Origin: a virus
Lineage: Duplodnaviria > Heunggongvirae > Uroviricota > Caudoviricetes
DNA: 22,381 nt
Reading direction: 5' to 3' (one strand)
IMG/VR virus record: IMGVR_UViG_2585427768_000008
Location: 1 to 22,381 of that record
Shown here: positions 13,898 through 22,381 of the stretch, one piece after another
How the letters are laid out: each line of letters starts with the position of its first letter
How positions within the stretch are numbered: position 1 is the stretch's first letter
Notes under the pieces: model-generated
Told to the model about the DNA's origin: nothing
Databases searched by the model: none
Seen by the model: the letters and a program-made list of their open reading frames with translations, nothing else
Made by a program: the position numbers and the translations under genes

Positions 13898-14998
13898 ATG
13901 ACACGCAGAACTCAGTTCAAAGGCAATTCACGTTCTCGTCGTCGTGAGCGTTTAAAGGCAAAGGCATTAGCTAACTGCGTACTGGCCCGCGAAGAAGCAA
14001 TAAGTTCAGAAGTATTACACCGCCCTACTCTAAGCAGAGCGCAGATTCAGGCTAAAGGTACTCACGAAACGCCTGAGCGCATAGAAGACGCTAAGCCAAT
14101 TAAGTTCATGGCACAGGACGTGATCTGGCAACAGAAAGAATACAGACGCAATCTGGAGCGAGCAGCCATTGTGTACGCGAATGAGTTTGGACATAAGCAA
14201 CCAGAAACTGGTGTATGTCTTCCAAACGTAGCCATTTACGCGGCAGGCTACCGGAAATCAAAACAACTGACGGCGAGGGGATTGATGACCACGCCTTCAG
14301 TTTTGCCGCAAAAGTTATGGCGTCCGCTTGCAGAGATTAAAAACTTCGTTGAAAAAATGCCTGATGGAGTTCGCCTTACGGAAGTTACTAAAAAAGTTAA
14401 GACATTTGCCGAACTGTCAGGAAAGGAGAGAAACCAGCTCATAGATTTTATCGATAAACGGGAAAGCATCATTGTATTTAAGGTCAGAAAAGAAGGTTCT
14501 GGTAACGGAGTAACCTTTTTCCGCCACAAAAAATATGGATATCCCAAACGGGAAGGAAACGTCACAATCACTAAGGACCTTCAATCAAAATTATGTACCA
14601 GATGCGGGCAGACAAAATCAGTCAATGATTTTTATTCAGATGCCAGCAAGCGTGACGGGAGAGCCATTTATTGCAAGAAGTGCGAATCTGCAATGAAACG
14701 CTCACGCAGAAAATGCAACAAATTAATTCTGCAACAACAGGAACCTGAAATGAATAACCTCAAAGCAGTTTCACCTTCACCAGAAATACTCAGAAAACAG
14801 GCTGAAGAATTGCTGAAAGCCGCCGAAATTGCGGAGAAAAAACGCCAGGAAGATGATGCATTCAACAAAAAACTTGCGCCCTTAAAACTTGAAATCCTTC
14901 AGGCCGCCGGAAAAATGCAGCTTAAACTGGACGAATTCATCGACTGTATGGATGAAATGAATAAAGCAGTTCAGAAGCTTAAAGAGCTGACCGCCTGA
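13898..14998 (+). CDS. N-like transcription antiterminator with arginine-rich N-terminus, extended by a CxxC...CxxC zinc-ribbon and coiled-coil C-terminal region
   Basis: 366-aa ORF, AGGAGG 5 nt upstream. N-terminus KGNSRSRRRERLKAKALAN resembles the arginine-rich motif of the P22 N protein (recalled as GNAKTRRHERRRKLAIER) and pairs with the P22-type boxB upstream. CTRCGQ...CKKCES motif near residue 250. Much longer than typical N proteins. Confidence 0.6.
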   Translation: MTRRTQFKGNSRSRRRERLKAKALANCVLAREEAISSEVLHRPTLSRAQIQAKGTHETPERIEDAKPIKFMAQDVIWQQKEYRRNLERAAIVYANEFGHKQPETGVCLPNVAIYAAGYRKSKQLTARGLMTTPSVLPQKLWRPLAEIKNFVEKMPDGVRLTEVTKKVKTFAELSGKERNQLIDFIDKRESIIVFKVRKEGSGNGVTFFRHKKYGYPKREGNVTITKDLQSKLCTRCGQTKSVNDFYSDASKRDGRAIYCKKCESAMKRSRRKCNKLILQQQEPEMNNLKAVSPSPEILRKQAEELLKAAEIAEKKRQEDDAFNKKLAPLKLEILQAAGKMQLKLDEFIDCMDEMNKAVQKLKELTA

Positions 14999-15029
14999 TA
15001 TTAATAAATTGCAACTACCGGAGTTAACT

Positions 15030-15389
15030 ATGAACGAAACAGAACTGAAGCACATTATCGCCCTGCTTCTGGAAGATGCCAGACAGGTTTATCGACTTAG
15101 CCCAAATTCCGCAACGCTGACACGCATCCAGATGGCAGAAAAAGCACTGAAACAGGATAATGAAAACAGCGCATCCGAAGTTGATGCTAATGGTGAAAAT
15201 GAAGTAATAGAAATAAACAGCAATATCAGCGATAGTTGCGTCGCTTACAGCCACCAAATAATTCGTGTAAGTGCAAGAATAATGGAAGTGATGGCAAGTG
15301 AGCTTGAAAAGAACAACATCAAGCCCACTGATTGTTGTTTAAGAACCGTAATGAACGTTATTTATTACTCGATGTTCCGAAGTCGCTAA
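15030..15389 (+). CDS. hypothetical protein
   Basis: ATG at 15030 with GGAG 6 nt upstream (the track start at 15009 is TTG without an RBS). 119 aa, no recognisable motifs. Confidence 0.5.
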   Translation: MNETELKHIIALLLEDARQVYRLSPNSATLTRIQMAEKALKQDNENSASEVDANGENEVIEINSNISDSCVAYSHQIIRVSARIMEVMASELEKNNIKPTDCCLRTVMNVIYYSMFRSR

Positions 15390-15567
15390 CAGCGTCGAGT
15401 TTTTCATCAAAAAATGATTCAAATGCATCGTAAAATACGGCAATAGCACCGCCCTTATCTACCGCGGCAGGAACTGCCTTTTGAGGTATATCTTTCTCCC
15501 TGAATTGTGTGTTGTAGGTATCGACAGCCAGCCGCATCAGAAACATCACTTTTTCTTCTTGTGTCAT
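15358..15567 (-). CDS. hypothetical small protein (69 aa), antisense to the surrounding operon
   Basis: Minus-strand ATG at 15567 preceded by a strong AAGGAGAG Shine-Dalgarno; 3' end overlaps the convergent + gene by 32 nt. Confidence 0.45.
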   Translation of the reverse strand: MTQEEKVMFLMRLAVDTYNTQFREKDIPQKAVPAAVDKGGAIAVFYDAFESFFDEKLDAVSDFGTSSNK

Positions 15568-15806
15568 AAATTCACTCTCCTTACGGGGTTTGTAGTTGAG
15601 GAGTTCTCCACGGGTGAGGTGGAGATCGTGCGCCGGACACGGGTAAGTTCCGGCACTCTCAGTTTACTGAACAGACATTACCCTGAAAGCCAGGGTACAA
15701 CACGAAAGTGCACGGCGAAGACTCTTTCCCATTGAAGGCTTGTCGTTAGATTTCTTCGACCGTGCGCTTCCGGTTGTGAATAACAACATTGCTGTGTGTA
15801 GCCCTT

Positions 15807-15848
15807 GGCGGACATCGGTTTGCCGATTGCTGATGTCCGCCCTTTTTA
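15807..15848 (+). terminator. rho-independent terminator (tL-like)
   Basis: GGCGGACATC (15807-15816), about 15-nt loop, GATGTCCGCC (15832-15841), followed by CTTTTT. Confidence 0.65.
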
Positions 15849-16023
15849 AAGTGAATTTTGTGATGCGGTGAATGCGGCTATGCGCACGCGGAACAGTTAA
15901 ACCGACAGGATGTCACGGAAAGTCATCGTCCCCTGACCCGGCGTTAGTTGTTAACTGGTTAACGTCACCTGGAGGTACCAGGCACCGCATCAACAAAGTT
16001 CATTTGTGAAAATGGAGATAATT

Positions 16024-16245
16024 ATGATTGTTCATCACTTCGGAACTGATGAAATACCACGTCAGTGCGTGACGCCTGGCGATTATGTTCTTCATGAAGG
16101 TCGGACATATATCGCTTCAGCAAACAATATTGAAAAGAGAAAACTCTATATTCGTAACTTCACAACAAAAACATGCATTACCGACTGCATGATTAAAGTT
16201 TTCATCGGGCGCGATGGCTTACCCGTAAAAGCAGCGTCGTTGTGA
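16024..16245 (+). CDS. hypothetical small protein
   Basis: ATG at 16024 with GGAG 6 nt upstream (the track start at 16006 is GTG without an RBS). 73 aa. Confidence 0.5.
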   Translation: MIVHHFGTDEIPRQCVTPGDYVLHEGRTYIASANNIEKRKLYIRNFTTKTCITDCMIKVFIGRDGLPVKAASL

Positions 16246-16328
16246 CGAGTAATAAAATACCCCTTCCATATCTGTAACAGACAAGCCGAAATAAAACCGC
16301 ATTAATTATCAATCACGGAAAAATCAAA

Positions 16329-16715
16329 ATGAAAGAACTTGCGCAAAATGAAATATTTTCCGAAACCAGTCCTGATGCAATAAATGAACTCAAAGAAATT
16401 GCAGAACGCATCAGTAAAATATGCAAAGAATACAAAATCGACTTTGTATTTTCTTTTTCAGTGCTTACAGAAGTTGGAAATAACGAATATAAGGACAGTC
16501 GTTTTGTTTTATGTGGGTTAAATGGCAAAACACCAAGCCCATATATTCATGCTGCACGTGAAGTTGTCAGAAGCAACATTGGAGTACAACAAATCCATAC
16601 ACTTGCACAGGCTCTTGAGTTTGCAAGAGAAAATTCTGAGTGCGACTGCCCTGAATGCCAGCACGAAAAGGGAAAAACAACTCACAAAACAGCAAACCAG
16701 GCAACCTTCCACTGA
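16329..16715 (+). CDS. hypothetical protein with C-terminal CDCPEC cysteine cluster
   Basis: 128-aa ORF, weak RBS, AT-rich; C-terminal SECDCPECQHEKGK. Confidence 0.5.
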   Translation: MKELAQNEIFSETSPDAINELKEIAERISKICKEYKIDFVFSFSVLTEVGNNEYKDSRFVLCGLNGKTPSPYIHAAREVVRSNIGVQQIHTLAQALEFARENSECDCPECQHEKGKTTHKTANQATFH

Positions 16716-16720
16716 AATAA

Positions 16721-16750
16721 AAATCCGGCAGCGCAGGCTACCGGATTTCT
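16721..16750. terminator. palindromic hairpin, possible weak terminator
   Basis: AAATCCGG (16721-16728), 12-nt loop, CCGGATTT (16741-16748), then CT; lies right after the stop of the 128-aa ORF. Confidence 0.3.
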
Positions 16751-16822
16751 CCCTGCGTCACCGTATTCGGAGAAATCAGACAAAGGGCCGCTAATTCTAA
16801 TCCAGCCAGAGGTTTAAATACA

Positions 16823-18895
16823 ATGAGCGCTGATAAACAGACTTTTGCACTACACTGCGAAGCAAAAAACGATAAAGTCAGAAAACGCCTTGGCATCAAA
16901 GGCGGTTTTTTCTGGACCGAGGCCAGAAAACTTTCTGTCGCAGTTTCCCGCTGCATTGCAGCCATGGACGATGCAGGCTACGACGAGGATGATTTCAAAA
17001 AACCCGTTCGCGTAAATTTCCCCGTCGTGAATGACCTTCCACCGGAAGGCGTGTTTGATACTGAATTCTGCAACCGCTATGAAAAAGGCGGGGAAGATGG
17101 CATCACCATGATGGCTATATCCTTCAATGACAACATCAACGGTGAAGATGCCACAACTGCTGGCGATGACAACGATGACCCGGACGGAACTATTCCGGAT
17201 GATGTGGAGAAAAGCGAATCCCCGGACAGCGACGATGACTGTTCTGAGTGTGAAATTCCCGTCGCCACTCTGAGCCTTACTCATCGCTTCCTTCACCTCT
17301 TCTTCTTCAGCAAGGATGAAGATGGAAAATACCGGCATCACGCCACACCAGAACAACGCAATAACGTGATCCGTATGGAGATGGACACAGAGGACAGTTA
17401 CCTTCAGAGCCTGCTTACTGCTGTGCGCGCCGCACATCATGAACTGGATAAACTGACGAACTATCACCTTAGTCGCCTGGCTGAATCTGTAGGGAAAGCA
17501 TTCCCCCACTCTGCAAATCATCGCATCAGCCCGGCTGAATTCGACAAGTTCATTTCCACCTGGATGAAAACTGACTACCTTGATCAGGGCCTGCTGACAA
17601 AAGAATGGCAGAACGGAAATTATGTTTCAGGCATTACCCGTACGCCTTCCGGTGCTAACGCTGGCGGCGGAAATCTTACCGATCGTGGTGAAGGATTCAA
17701 ACATGATAAGACATCACTCGCACGAGATGTAGCCACCGGCGTTCTGGCCCGTTCAATGGATGTGGATATTTATAACCTGCACCCAGCACACGCAAAACGC
17801 GTTGAAGAAATCGTGTCAGAGAATAAGCCGCCCTTTTCTGTTTTTCGCGACAAATTTATCGCCATGCCCGGTGGGCTGGATTATTCCCGCGCCATTGTGG
17901 TGGCTTCCGTGAAAGAAGCACCAATCGGCATTGAGGCCATCCCGGCACGCGTGACTGAATATCTCAACAAAGTGTTGACCGAAACCGATCACGCTAACCC
18001 GGATCCGGAAATCGTGGAAATTGCCTGCGGTCGCTCATCAGCACCGATGCCGCAGCGCGGAACAGCAGAAGGAAAACATGGCGATGAAGAAAAGCAACAA
18101 GCATCGGACACAATGGCTAATGAACAGGCAGCGCCTGAATCAGTGGAAGAAATTCCAGTTAAACATAATGAGGACACGCAATCACTGGAAAATGTCTCAT
18201 CTGTAGAAACGAAATACCAGGAACTGAGGGAGGAACTCAATAAAGCCAGGGAAAACATCCCCCCAAAAAATCCAGTCGATGCCGACAAATTACTGGCTGC
18301 CTCGCGTGGAGAATTCGTTGAAGGCATCAGTAACCCTGCTGATCCGAAGTGGGTGAAGGGGATCCAGACTCGCGACACTGAGGACCAGAATCAGTCCAAA
18401 GTGGAACAAATTGCCCCAGAAGCGGGACAAAACAGCCCGGATACGCAACAAAACGGGTCAGAAGAGCAACAGCCAGGGCCAGTAGCGCAACCGGAGCTGG
18501 AAAAAAACTGCCGCGTCTGTGGTCAGACTGGCGGGGGGAACTGCCCCGACTGTAGTGCGGTAATGGGCGATAGCACTTACACAGAAACTTTTGGAGAAAA
18601 TGACGCCGCTGATGGAGAAGACTCAGCACAAACTGAGGAGAAGATCATTCAGGAAAACTCTGTTGATGCCGCTCAGGAGGGCGAAACCGTTGTTCAGAAC
18701 GAGCCAGGCAGTGATACGTCCGGCGATGACGCCAATTCTGAGCCAGTAACTCTCGACTGGAAAAGACAGCTCGTGATTGCCGCCGTCTATGGTTTGTGCG
18801 CCAACCCCGCATGTATAGCCACAGCGCCAGCAATCCCTGATATCGCCATCATGATTGCCAACAGGCTTGAAAATTTCGGAGGTGATAAATCATGA
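16823..18895 (+). CDS. large acidic hypothetical protein (690 aa) with zinc-ribbon motif, translationally coupled to gam
   Basis: Long ORF whose stop overlaps the gam start (ATGA at 18892-18895). Strongly acidic D/E-rich tracts (e.g. [30 protein letters not shown]), CRVCGQ...CPDC motif, hydrophobic C-terminal tail. Confidence 0.8.
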   Translation: MSADKQTFALHCEAKNDKVRKRLGIKGGFFWTEARKLSVAVSRCIAAMDDAGYDEDDFKKPVRVNFPVVNDLPPEGVFDTEFCNRYEKGGEDGITMMAISFNDNINGEDATTAGDDNDDPDGTIPDDVEKSESPDSDDDCSECEIPVATLSLTHRFLHLFFFSKDEDGKYRHHATPEQRNNVIRMEMDTEDSYLQSLLTAVRAAHHELDKLTNYHLSRLAESVGKAFPHSANHRISPAEFDKFISTWMKTDYLDQGLLTKEWQNGNYVSGITRTPSGANAGGGNLTDRGEGFKHDKTSLARDVATGVLARSMDVDIYNLHPAHAKRVEEIVSENKPPFSVFRDKFIAMPGGLDYSRAIVVASVKEAPIGIEAIPARVTEYLNKVLTETDHANPDPEIVEIACGRSSAPMPQRGTAEGKHGDEEKQQASDTMANEQAAPESVEEIPVKHNEDTQSLENVSSVETKYQELREELNKARENIPPKNPVDADKLLAASRGEFVEGISNPADPKWVKGIQTRDTEDQNQSKVEQIAPEAGQNSPDTQQNGSEEQQPGPVAQPELEKNCRVCGQTGGGNCPDCSAVMGDSTYTETFGENDAADGEDSAQTEEKIIQENSVDAAQEGETVVQNEPGSDTSGDDANSEPVTLDWKRQLVIAAVYGLCANPACIATAPAIPDIAIMIANRLENFGGDKS

Positions 18896-19188
18896 ATGCC
18901 TGGCTTATCCCCGATCGCATTGAAGAGCAGTCATGGGCACGACACTACCAGCAAATTGCCCGTGAAGAAACTGAAGCTGAGCTGGCAGACGACCTGGAAA
19001 AAGGTCTGCCCCAACACCTGTTTGAATCGCTATGCATCGATAATCTGCAACGTCACGGGGCCAGCAAAAAAGCTATTTCCCGTGCATTTGATGACGATGT
19101 CGATTTTCAGGAACGCATGGCAGAACACATCCGCTACATGGCTGAAACCATCGCCCGTCACCAAATTAATATTGATTCAGAGGTATAA
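18892..19188 (+). CDS. gam: Gam host-nuclease (RecBCD) inhibitor, short form
   Basis: 98-aa protein that I recognise from memory as close to the lambda GamS sequence (...QSWARHYQQ...[35 protein letters not shown]...). Confidence 0.9.
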   Translation: MNAWLIPDRIEEQSWARHYQQIAREETEAELADDLEKGLPQHLFESLCIDNLQRHGASKKAISRAFDDDVDFQERMAEHIRYMAETIARHQINIDSEV

Positions 19189-19193
19189 AACTG

Positions 19194-19979
19194 ATGAGTA
19201 CAGCACTCGCAACGCTGGCAGGGAAGCTGGCTGAACGTGTCGGCATGGATTCTGTCGACCCACAGGAACTAATCACCACTCTTCGCCAGACGGCATTTAA
19301 AGGTGATGCCAGCGATGCGCAATTTATCGCATTGTTGATCGTCGCCAACCAGTACGGCCTTAATCCCTGGACGAAAGAAATTTACGCCTTCCCTGACAAG
19401 CAGAACGGCATCGTTCCGGTGGTTGGCGTTGATGGCTGGTCCCGCATTATCAATGAAAACCAGCAGTTTGATGGCATGGACTTTGAGCAGGACAATGAGT
19501 CCTGTACATGCCGGATTTACCGCAAAGATCGCAATCACCCGATCTGCGTTACCGAGTGGATGGATGAATGTCGCCGCGCACCATTCAAAACCCGCGAAGG
19601 CAGAGAAATCACCGGACCGTGGCAGTCGCATCCCAAACGGATGTTACGGCACAAAGCCATGATTCAGTGTGCTCGCCTGGCCTTCGGATTTGCTGGCATC
19701 TATGACAAGGATGAAGCCGAGCGTATTGTCGAAAATACTGCATATACTACAGAACGTCAGCCGGAACGCGACATCACCCCGGTTAACGAAGAAACCATGT
19801 CGGAAATTAACGCCCTTCTTACTTCCATGGAAAAAACGTGGGATGACGACCTGTTGCCGCTCTGTTCCCAGATTTTTCGCCGCAACATTTACACATCTTC
19901 AGAACTAACACAGGCTGAAGCTGTGAAGGTTCTTGGATTCCTGAAACAGAAAGTCACAGAGCAGAAGGTAGCAGCATGA
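19194..19979 (+). CDS. bet: Bet (Red-beta) single-strand annealing recombinase
   Basis: 261-aa protein that matches my recollection of lambda Bet nearly residue for residue from [66 protein letters not shown] onward. Confidence 0.95.
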   Translation: MSTALATLAGKLAERVGMDSVDPQELITTLRQTAFKGDASDAQFIALLIVANQYGLNPWTKEIYAFPDKQNGIVPVVGVDGWSRIINENQQFDGMDFEQDNESCTCRIYRKDRNHPICVTEWMDECRRAPFKTREGREITGPWQSHPKRMLRHKAMIQCARLAFGFAGIYDKDEAERIVENTAYTTERQPERDITPVNEETMSEINALLTSMEKTWDDDLLPLCSQIFRRNIYTSSELTQAEAVKVLGFLKQKVTEQKVAA

Positions 19980-20653
19980 CACCGGACATTATCCTGCAAC
20001 GTACAGGGATCGACGTGAGAGCTGTCGAACAGGGGGATGATGCGTGGCACAAATTACGGCTCGGCGTCATCACCGCTTCAGAAGTTCACAACGTGATAGC
20101 AAAACCCCGCTCAGGAAAGAAATGGCCTGACATGAAAATGTCCTACTTCCACACCCTGCTGGCTGAGGTTTGCACCGGTGTGGCTCCGGAAGTTAACGCT
20201 AAAGCGCTGGCCTGGGGAAAACAGTACGAGAACGACGCCAGAGCCCTCTTTGAGTTCACTTCCGGCGTGAATGTTACTGAATCCCCGATCATCTATCGCG
20301 ACGAAAGTATGCGCACCGCTTGCTCTCCCGATGGTTTATGCAGTGACGGCAACGGCCTTGAACTGAAATGCCCGTTTACCTCCCGGGATTTCATGAAATT
20401 CCGGCTCGGTGGTTTCGAGGCCATAAAGTCGGCTTACATGGCCCAGGTGCAGTACAGCATGTGGGTGACACGAAAAGATGCCTGGTACTTTGCCAACTAT
20501 GACCCGCGTATGAAGCGTGAAGGACTGCATTATGTCGTGGTCGAACGGGATGAAAAATACATGGCTGGTTTTGACGAAATGGTGCCAGAGTTCATCGAAA
20601 AAATGGACGAGGCACTGGCTGAAATTGGTTTTGTATTTGGGGAGCAATGGTGA
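19976..20653 (+). CDS. exo: lambda-type 5'-3' exonuclease (Red-alpha)
   Basis: 225-aa protein matching my recollection of lambda Exo ([68 protein letters not shown]...); start overlaps the bet stop (ATGA). Confidence 0.95.
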   Translation: MTPDIILQRTGIDVRAVEQGDDAWHKLRLGVITASEVHNVIAKPRSGKKWPDMKMSYFHTLLAEVCTGVAPEVNAKALAWGKQYENDARALFEFTSGVNVTESPIIYRDESMRTACSPDGLCSDGNGLELKCPFTSRDFMKFRLGGFEAIKSAYMAQVQYSMWVTRKDAWYFANYDPRMKREGLHYVVVERDEKYMAGFDEMVPEFIEKMDEALAEIGFVFGEQW

Positions 20654-20704
20654 TAGCCAGTAGCAACGAGGTGCAAATGATATGACAATTAAGGAATACT
20701 ACAG

Positions 20705-20956
20705 GTGTTCGTTCTAATCCAGCGCGGGCAGTCTTTCGTCGATGCCAACAACTATCCGGTTGAAGTCTGCAAAATCACTCTGACGCAGGTAATCTTCCGC
20801 AGGCTGGATGGGAGAACCAGAGCCGCTTCAATTAGCGCATTTAATGCAGAATTTGAGCGAATCGATCACAACGAACTACACATGATTAAAGCAGAAATTG
20901 AGAAGGAAAAGCATATTGCCAGCCTTCGAAAAATGCGCCGCATATCAATCAACTGA
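20705..20956 (+). CDS. hypothetical protein (weak call)
   Basis: 83-aa ORF with GTG start and AAGGAA about 9 nt upstream, between exo and xis. No recognisable motifs; could be non-coding. Confidence 0.3.
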   Translation: MFVLIQRGQSFVDANNYPVEVCKITLTQVIFRRLDGRTRAASISAFNAEFERIDHNELHMIKAEIEKEKHIASLRKMRRISIN

Positions 20957-20990
20957 CAACCGCCTTCGGGTGGTTTTTAATGGCGAAAAT

Positions 20991-21362
20991 ATGGATTCAC
21001 ACAGTATCACCCTCAAAGAGGCCTGTAAGTTTCTCAAGATATCAAGGCCAACAGCTGTTAACTGGATACGAACGGGCCGACTACAGGCAACCCGAAAAAA
21101 TTCTTCCGGTAAAAGATCACCTTATCTCACAACCCGGCAAGCCTGCATTGCAGCACTTCATTCACCGCTGCATACTGTCCAGGTGAGCGCGGGTGATGGC
21201 ATAACAGAGGAAAGAAAATGTCACTCTTCCGCAGAGGTGAAATATGGTACGCCTCGTACTCGCTCCCGGGCGGGAAGCGAATTAAGGAGTCTCTTGGCAC
21301 AAAGGACAAGCGGCAAGCTCAGGAGTTGCACGACAAGCGAAAAGCAGAACTCTGGCGAGTAG
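20991..21362 (+). CDS. xis: excisionase (P22 Xis-like, excisionase-family HTH)
   Basis: Segment [32 protein letters not shown] has the excisionase-family HTH pattern and sits directly upstream of int. Start chosen at ATG 20991 (track ORF opens at 20898); the 3' end overlaps int by about 145 nt in a different frame, so the exact boundaries are uncertain. Confidence 0.55.
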   Translation: MDSHSITLKEACKFLKISRPTAVNWIRTGRLQATRKNSSGKRSPYLTTRQACIAALHSPLHTVQVSAGDGITEERKCHSSAEVKYGTPRTRSRAGSELRSLLAQRTSGKLRSCTTSEKQNSGE

Positions 21363-22381
21363 ACAGACTGGGGGATATGCCAGATGTCACTTTCGAAGAA
21401 GCCTGCCTGAGATGGCTTGAGGAAAAAGCCGACAAGAAATCCATCGATTCCGATAAATCCAGAATCGCATTCTGGATTGAGCATTTCGAGGGAATAAGGA
21501 TTAAGGATATATCGGAGGCAATGATCTACTCAGTTATCAGCAAAGCGTATAACCGAAAAACAAAGGAGAGATGGAAGTTGCAGGTGGAGGCTGCATTAAG
21601 AAAAGGGAAAGAACCACCAGCCTATATACCTAAATCGGTGAGCACGCAAACAAAAGCAACACACCTGGCAATGATCAAGGCTATTCTGCGCGCCGCAGAG
21701 CGAGACTGGAAATGGCTTGAAAAAGCACCTGTAATCAAAATCCCTGCCGTAAAAAACAAACGCGTGAGATGGCTGGAAAAAGAAGAAGCCAGGAGACTCA
21801 TTGATGCATGTTCTGATCCCCTGAAATCTGTAGTTAAATTTGCACTGGCAACTGGCCTGAGGAGATCAAACATTATTAATCTGGAGTGGCAACAAATCGA
21901 TATGCAGCGACGTGTTGCCTGGGTAAACCCTGAAGACAGTAAGTCAAACCGCGCTATTGGGGTCGCACTGAATGACACTGCCTGCAAGGTGTTGCGTGAT
22001 CAAATAGGCAAACATCACCGCTGGGTGTTTGTTTATACCACTGCTGCCAGAAGGCCTGACGGGACAATGACACCAAGCATCAGAAAGATGCGCCTGGACT
22101 ATAACACATCGTGGTTAACAGCATGTCGTCGGGCAGGAATTGAAAATTTCCGTTTTCATGACCTCCGCCATACCTGGGCCAGTTGGTTAATTCAGTCAGG
22201 TGTACCACTGTCAGTACTTCAGGAAATGGGCGGCTGGGAGTCTATCGAAATGGTGCGTAGGTACGCACACCTTGCACCTAATCATTTGACAGAGCACGCG
22301 AGGAAAATTGACGACATATTGGGTGACGATGTCCCAAATTTGTCCCACCCTGAGGTTTTTGAGGATGCAAAGAAAGCATAA
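21218..22381 (+). CDS. int: tyrosine integrase, P22 Int-like
   Basis: 387-aa protein, GAGGAAAG RBS. N-terminus [48 protein letters not shown] and C-terminal [44 protein letters not shown] (catalytic R...HxxR...Y box) closely match my recollection of P22 integrase. Stop codon is the last three bases of the window. Confidence 0.95.
   Translation: MSLFRRGEIWYASYSLPGGKRIKESLGTKDKRQAQELHDKRKAELWRVDRLGDMPDVTFEEACLRWLEEKADKKSIDSDKSRIAFWIEHFEGIRIKDISEAMIYSVISKAYNRKTKERWKLQVEAALRKGKEPPAYIPKSVSTQTKATHLAMIKAILRAAERDWKWLEKAPVIKIPAVKNKRVRWLEKEEARRLIDACSDPLKSVVKFALATGLRRSNIINLEWQQIDMQRRVAWVNPEDSKSNRAIGVALNDTACKVLRDQIGKHHRWVFVYTTAARRPDGTMTPSIRKMRLDYNTSWLTACRRAGIENFRFHDLRHTWASWLIQSGVPLSVLQEMGGWESIEMVRRYAHLAPNHLTEHARKIDDILGDDVPNLSHPEVFEDAKKA

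Larger units (their letters stand above)
1..22381. mobile_element. lambdoid prophage (immunity, early-left and integration arm), mosaic and possibly defective
   Basis: cI-like repressor, pL/nutL/N-like module, gam-bet-exo, xis-int all co-directional in lambda order; Ea22/DUF551 accessory genes; no replication, lysis or virion genes in 22 kb. Confidence 0.85.

Noticed and set aside
13750-13947. 65-aa + strand ORF in the N-like gene leader
   Set aside because: It lies within the structured leader, has no RBS, and overlaps the N-like start out of frame; more plausibly RNA structure than coding.
15481-15735. 84-aa + strand ORF across the 15568-15800 intergenic region
   Set aside because: No RBS, overlaps the well-supported minus-strand 69-aa gene start and the hairpin at 15679-15697.
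15863-15885. Short direct repeats ATGCGG, ATGCGG, ATGCGC at 8-9 bp spacing
   Set aside because: Only three copies of a hexamer; too short to separate from chance, and no flanking iteron-like context.
16850-18833. Minus-strand ORFs 16850-17521, 17989-18378, 18327-18629 and 18645-18833 inside the 690-aa gene
   Set aside because: Antisense shadow ORFs within a long ORF that is translationally coupled to gam.
19269-19908. ORFs on both strands inside bet (19269-19631 minus; 19423-19662 and 19669-19908 plus, alternative frames)
   Set aside because: They overlap the confidently identified bet gene.
20336-21484. ORFs 20336-20647 (-), 20980-21186 (+), 21127-21309 (-) and 21221-21484 (-)
   Set aside because: They overlap exo, the xis-like gene or int in other frames; no independent support.
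1-22381. CRISPR arrays, tRNA/rRNA genes, IS elements and att-site direct repeats
   Set aside because: No regularly spaced repeats, no tRNA-like cloverleaf candidates and no transposase-like ORFs or terminal inverted repeats were seen; att sites would lie beyond the int end of the window and cannot be assessed.

Overview
This window reads as the immunity/early-left/integration arm of a mosaic lambdoid prophage. Everything below is read from the sequence and from remembered protein families; no database search was run.

Layout, left to right:
- 1-2228 (+): cluster of small Ead/Ea22-like, PD-(D/E)xK and DUF551-type prophage genes, open at the window edge.
- 2316-2507 (-): truncated Panacea/SocA-like antitoxin fragment.
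- 2631-10484 (-): a single ~7.9 kb gene (about 2617 aa) with two HExxH motifs. It diverges from the cI-like repressor across a 78-bp switch region, i.e. it sits where cro would be.
- 10563-13408 (+): cI-like HTH/S24 repressor, then an AT-rich operon in the rexAB position encoding a 153-aa protein, a Hanks-type Ser/Thr kinase and a 54-aa ORF, closed by a strong terminator.
- 13435-14998 (+): pL-like region with an inverted-repeat operator, a P22-type boxB hairpin, a long leader helix, and an unusually long (366 aa) N-like antiterminator with an arginine-rich N-terminus.
- 15030-18895: several small unknown genes, then a 690-aa highly acidic protein translationally coupled to gam.
- 18892-22381 (+): lambda-type gam, bet and exo, then P22-type xis and int ending at the window edge.

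No cro, replication, lysis or structural genes are present, so this is either a prophage arm, a remnant, or a rearranged element. The two most interesting candidates are the repressor-controlled giant gene and the kinase module in the exclusion locus.
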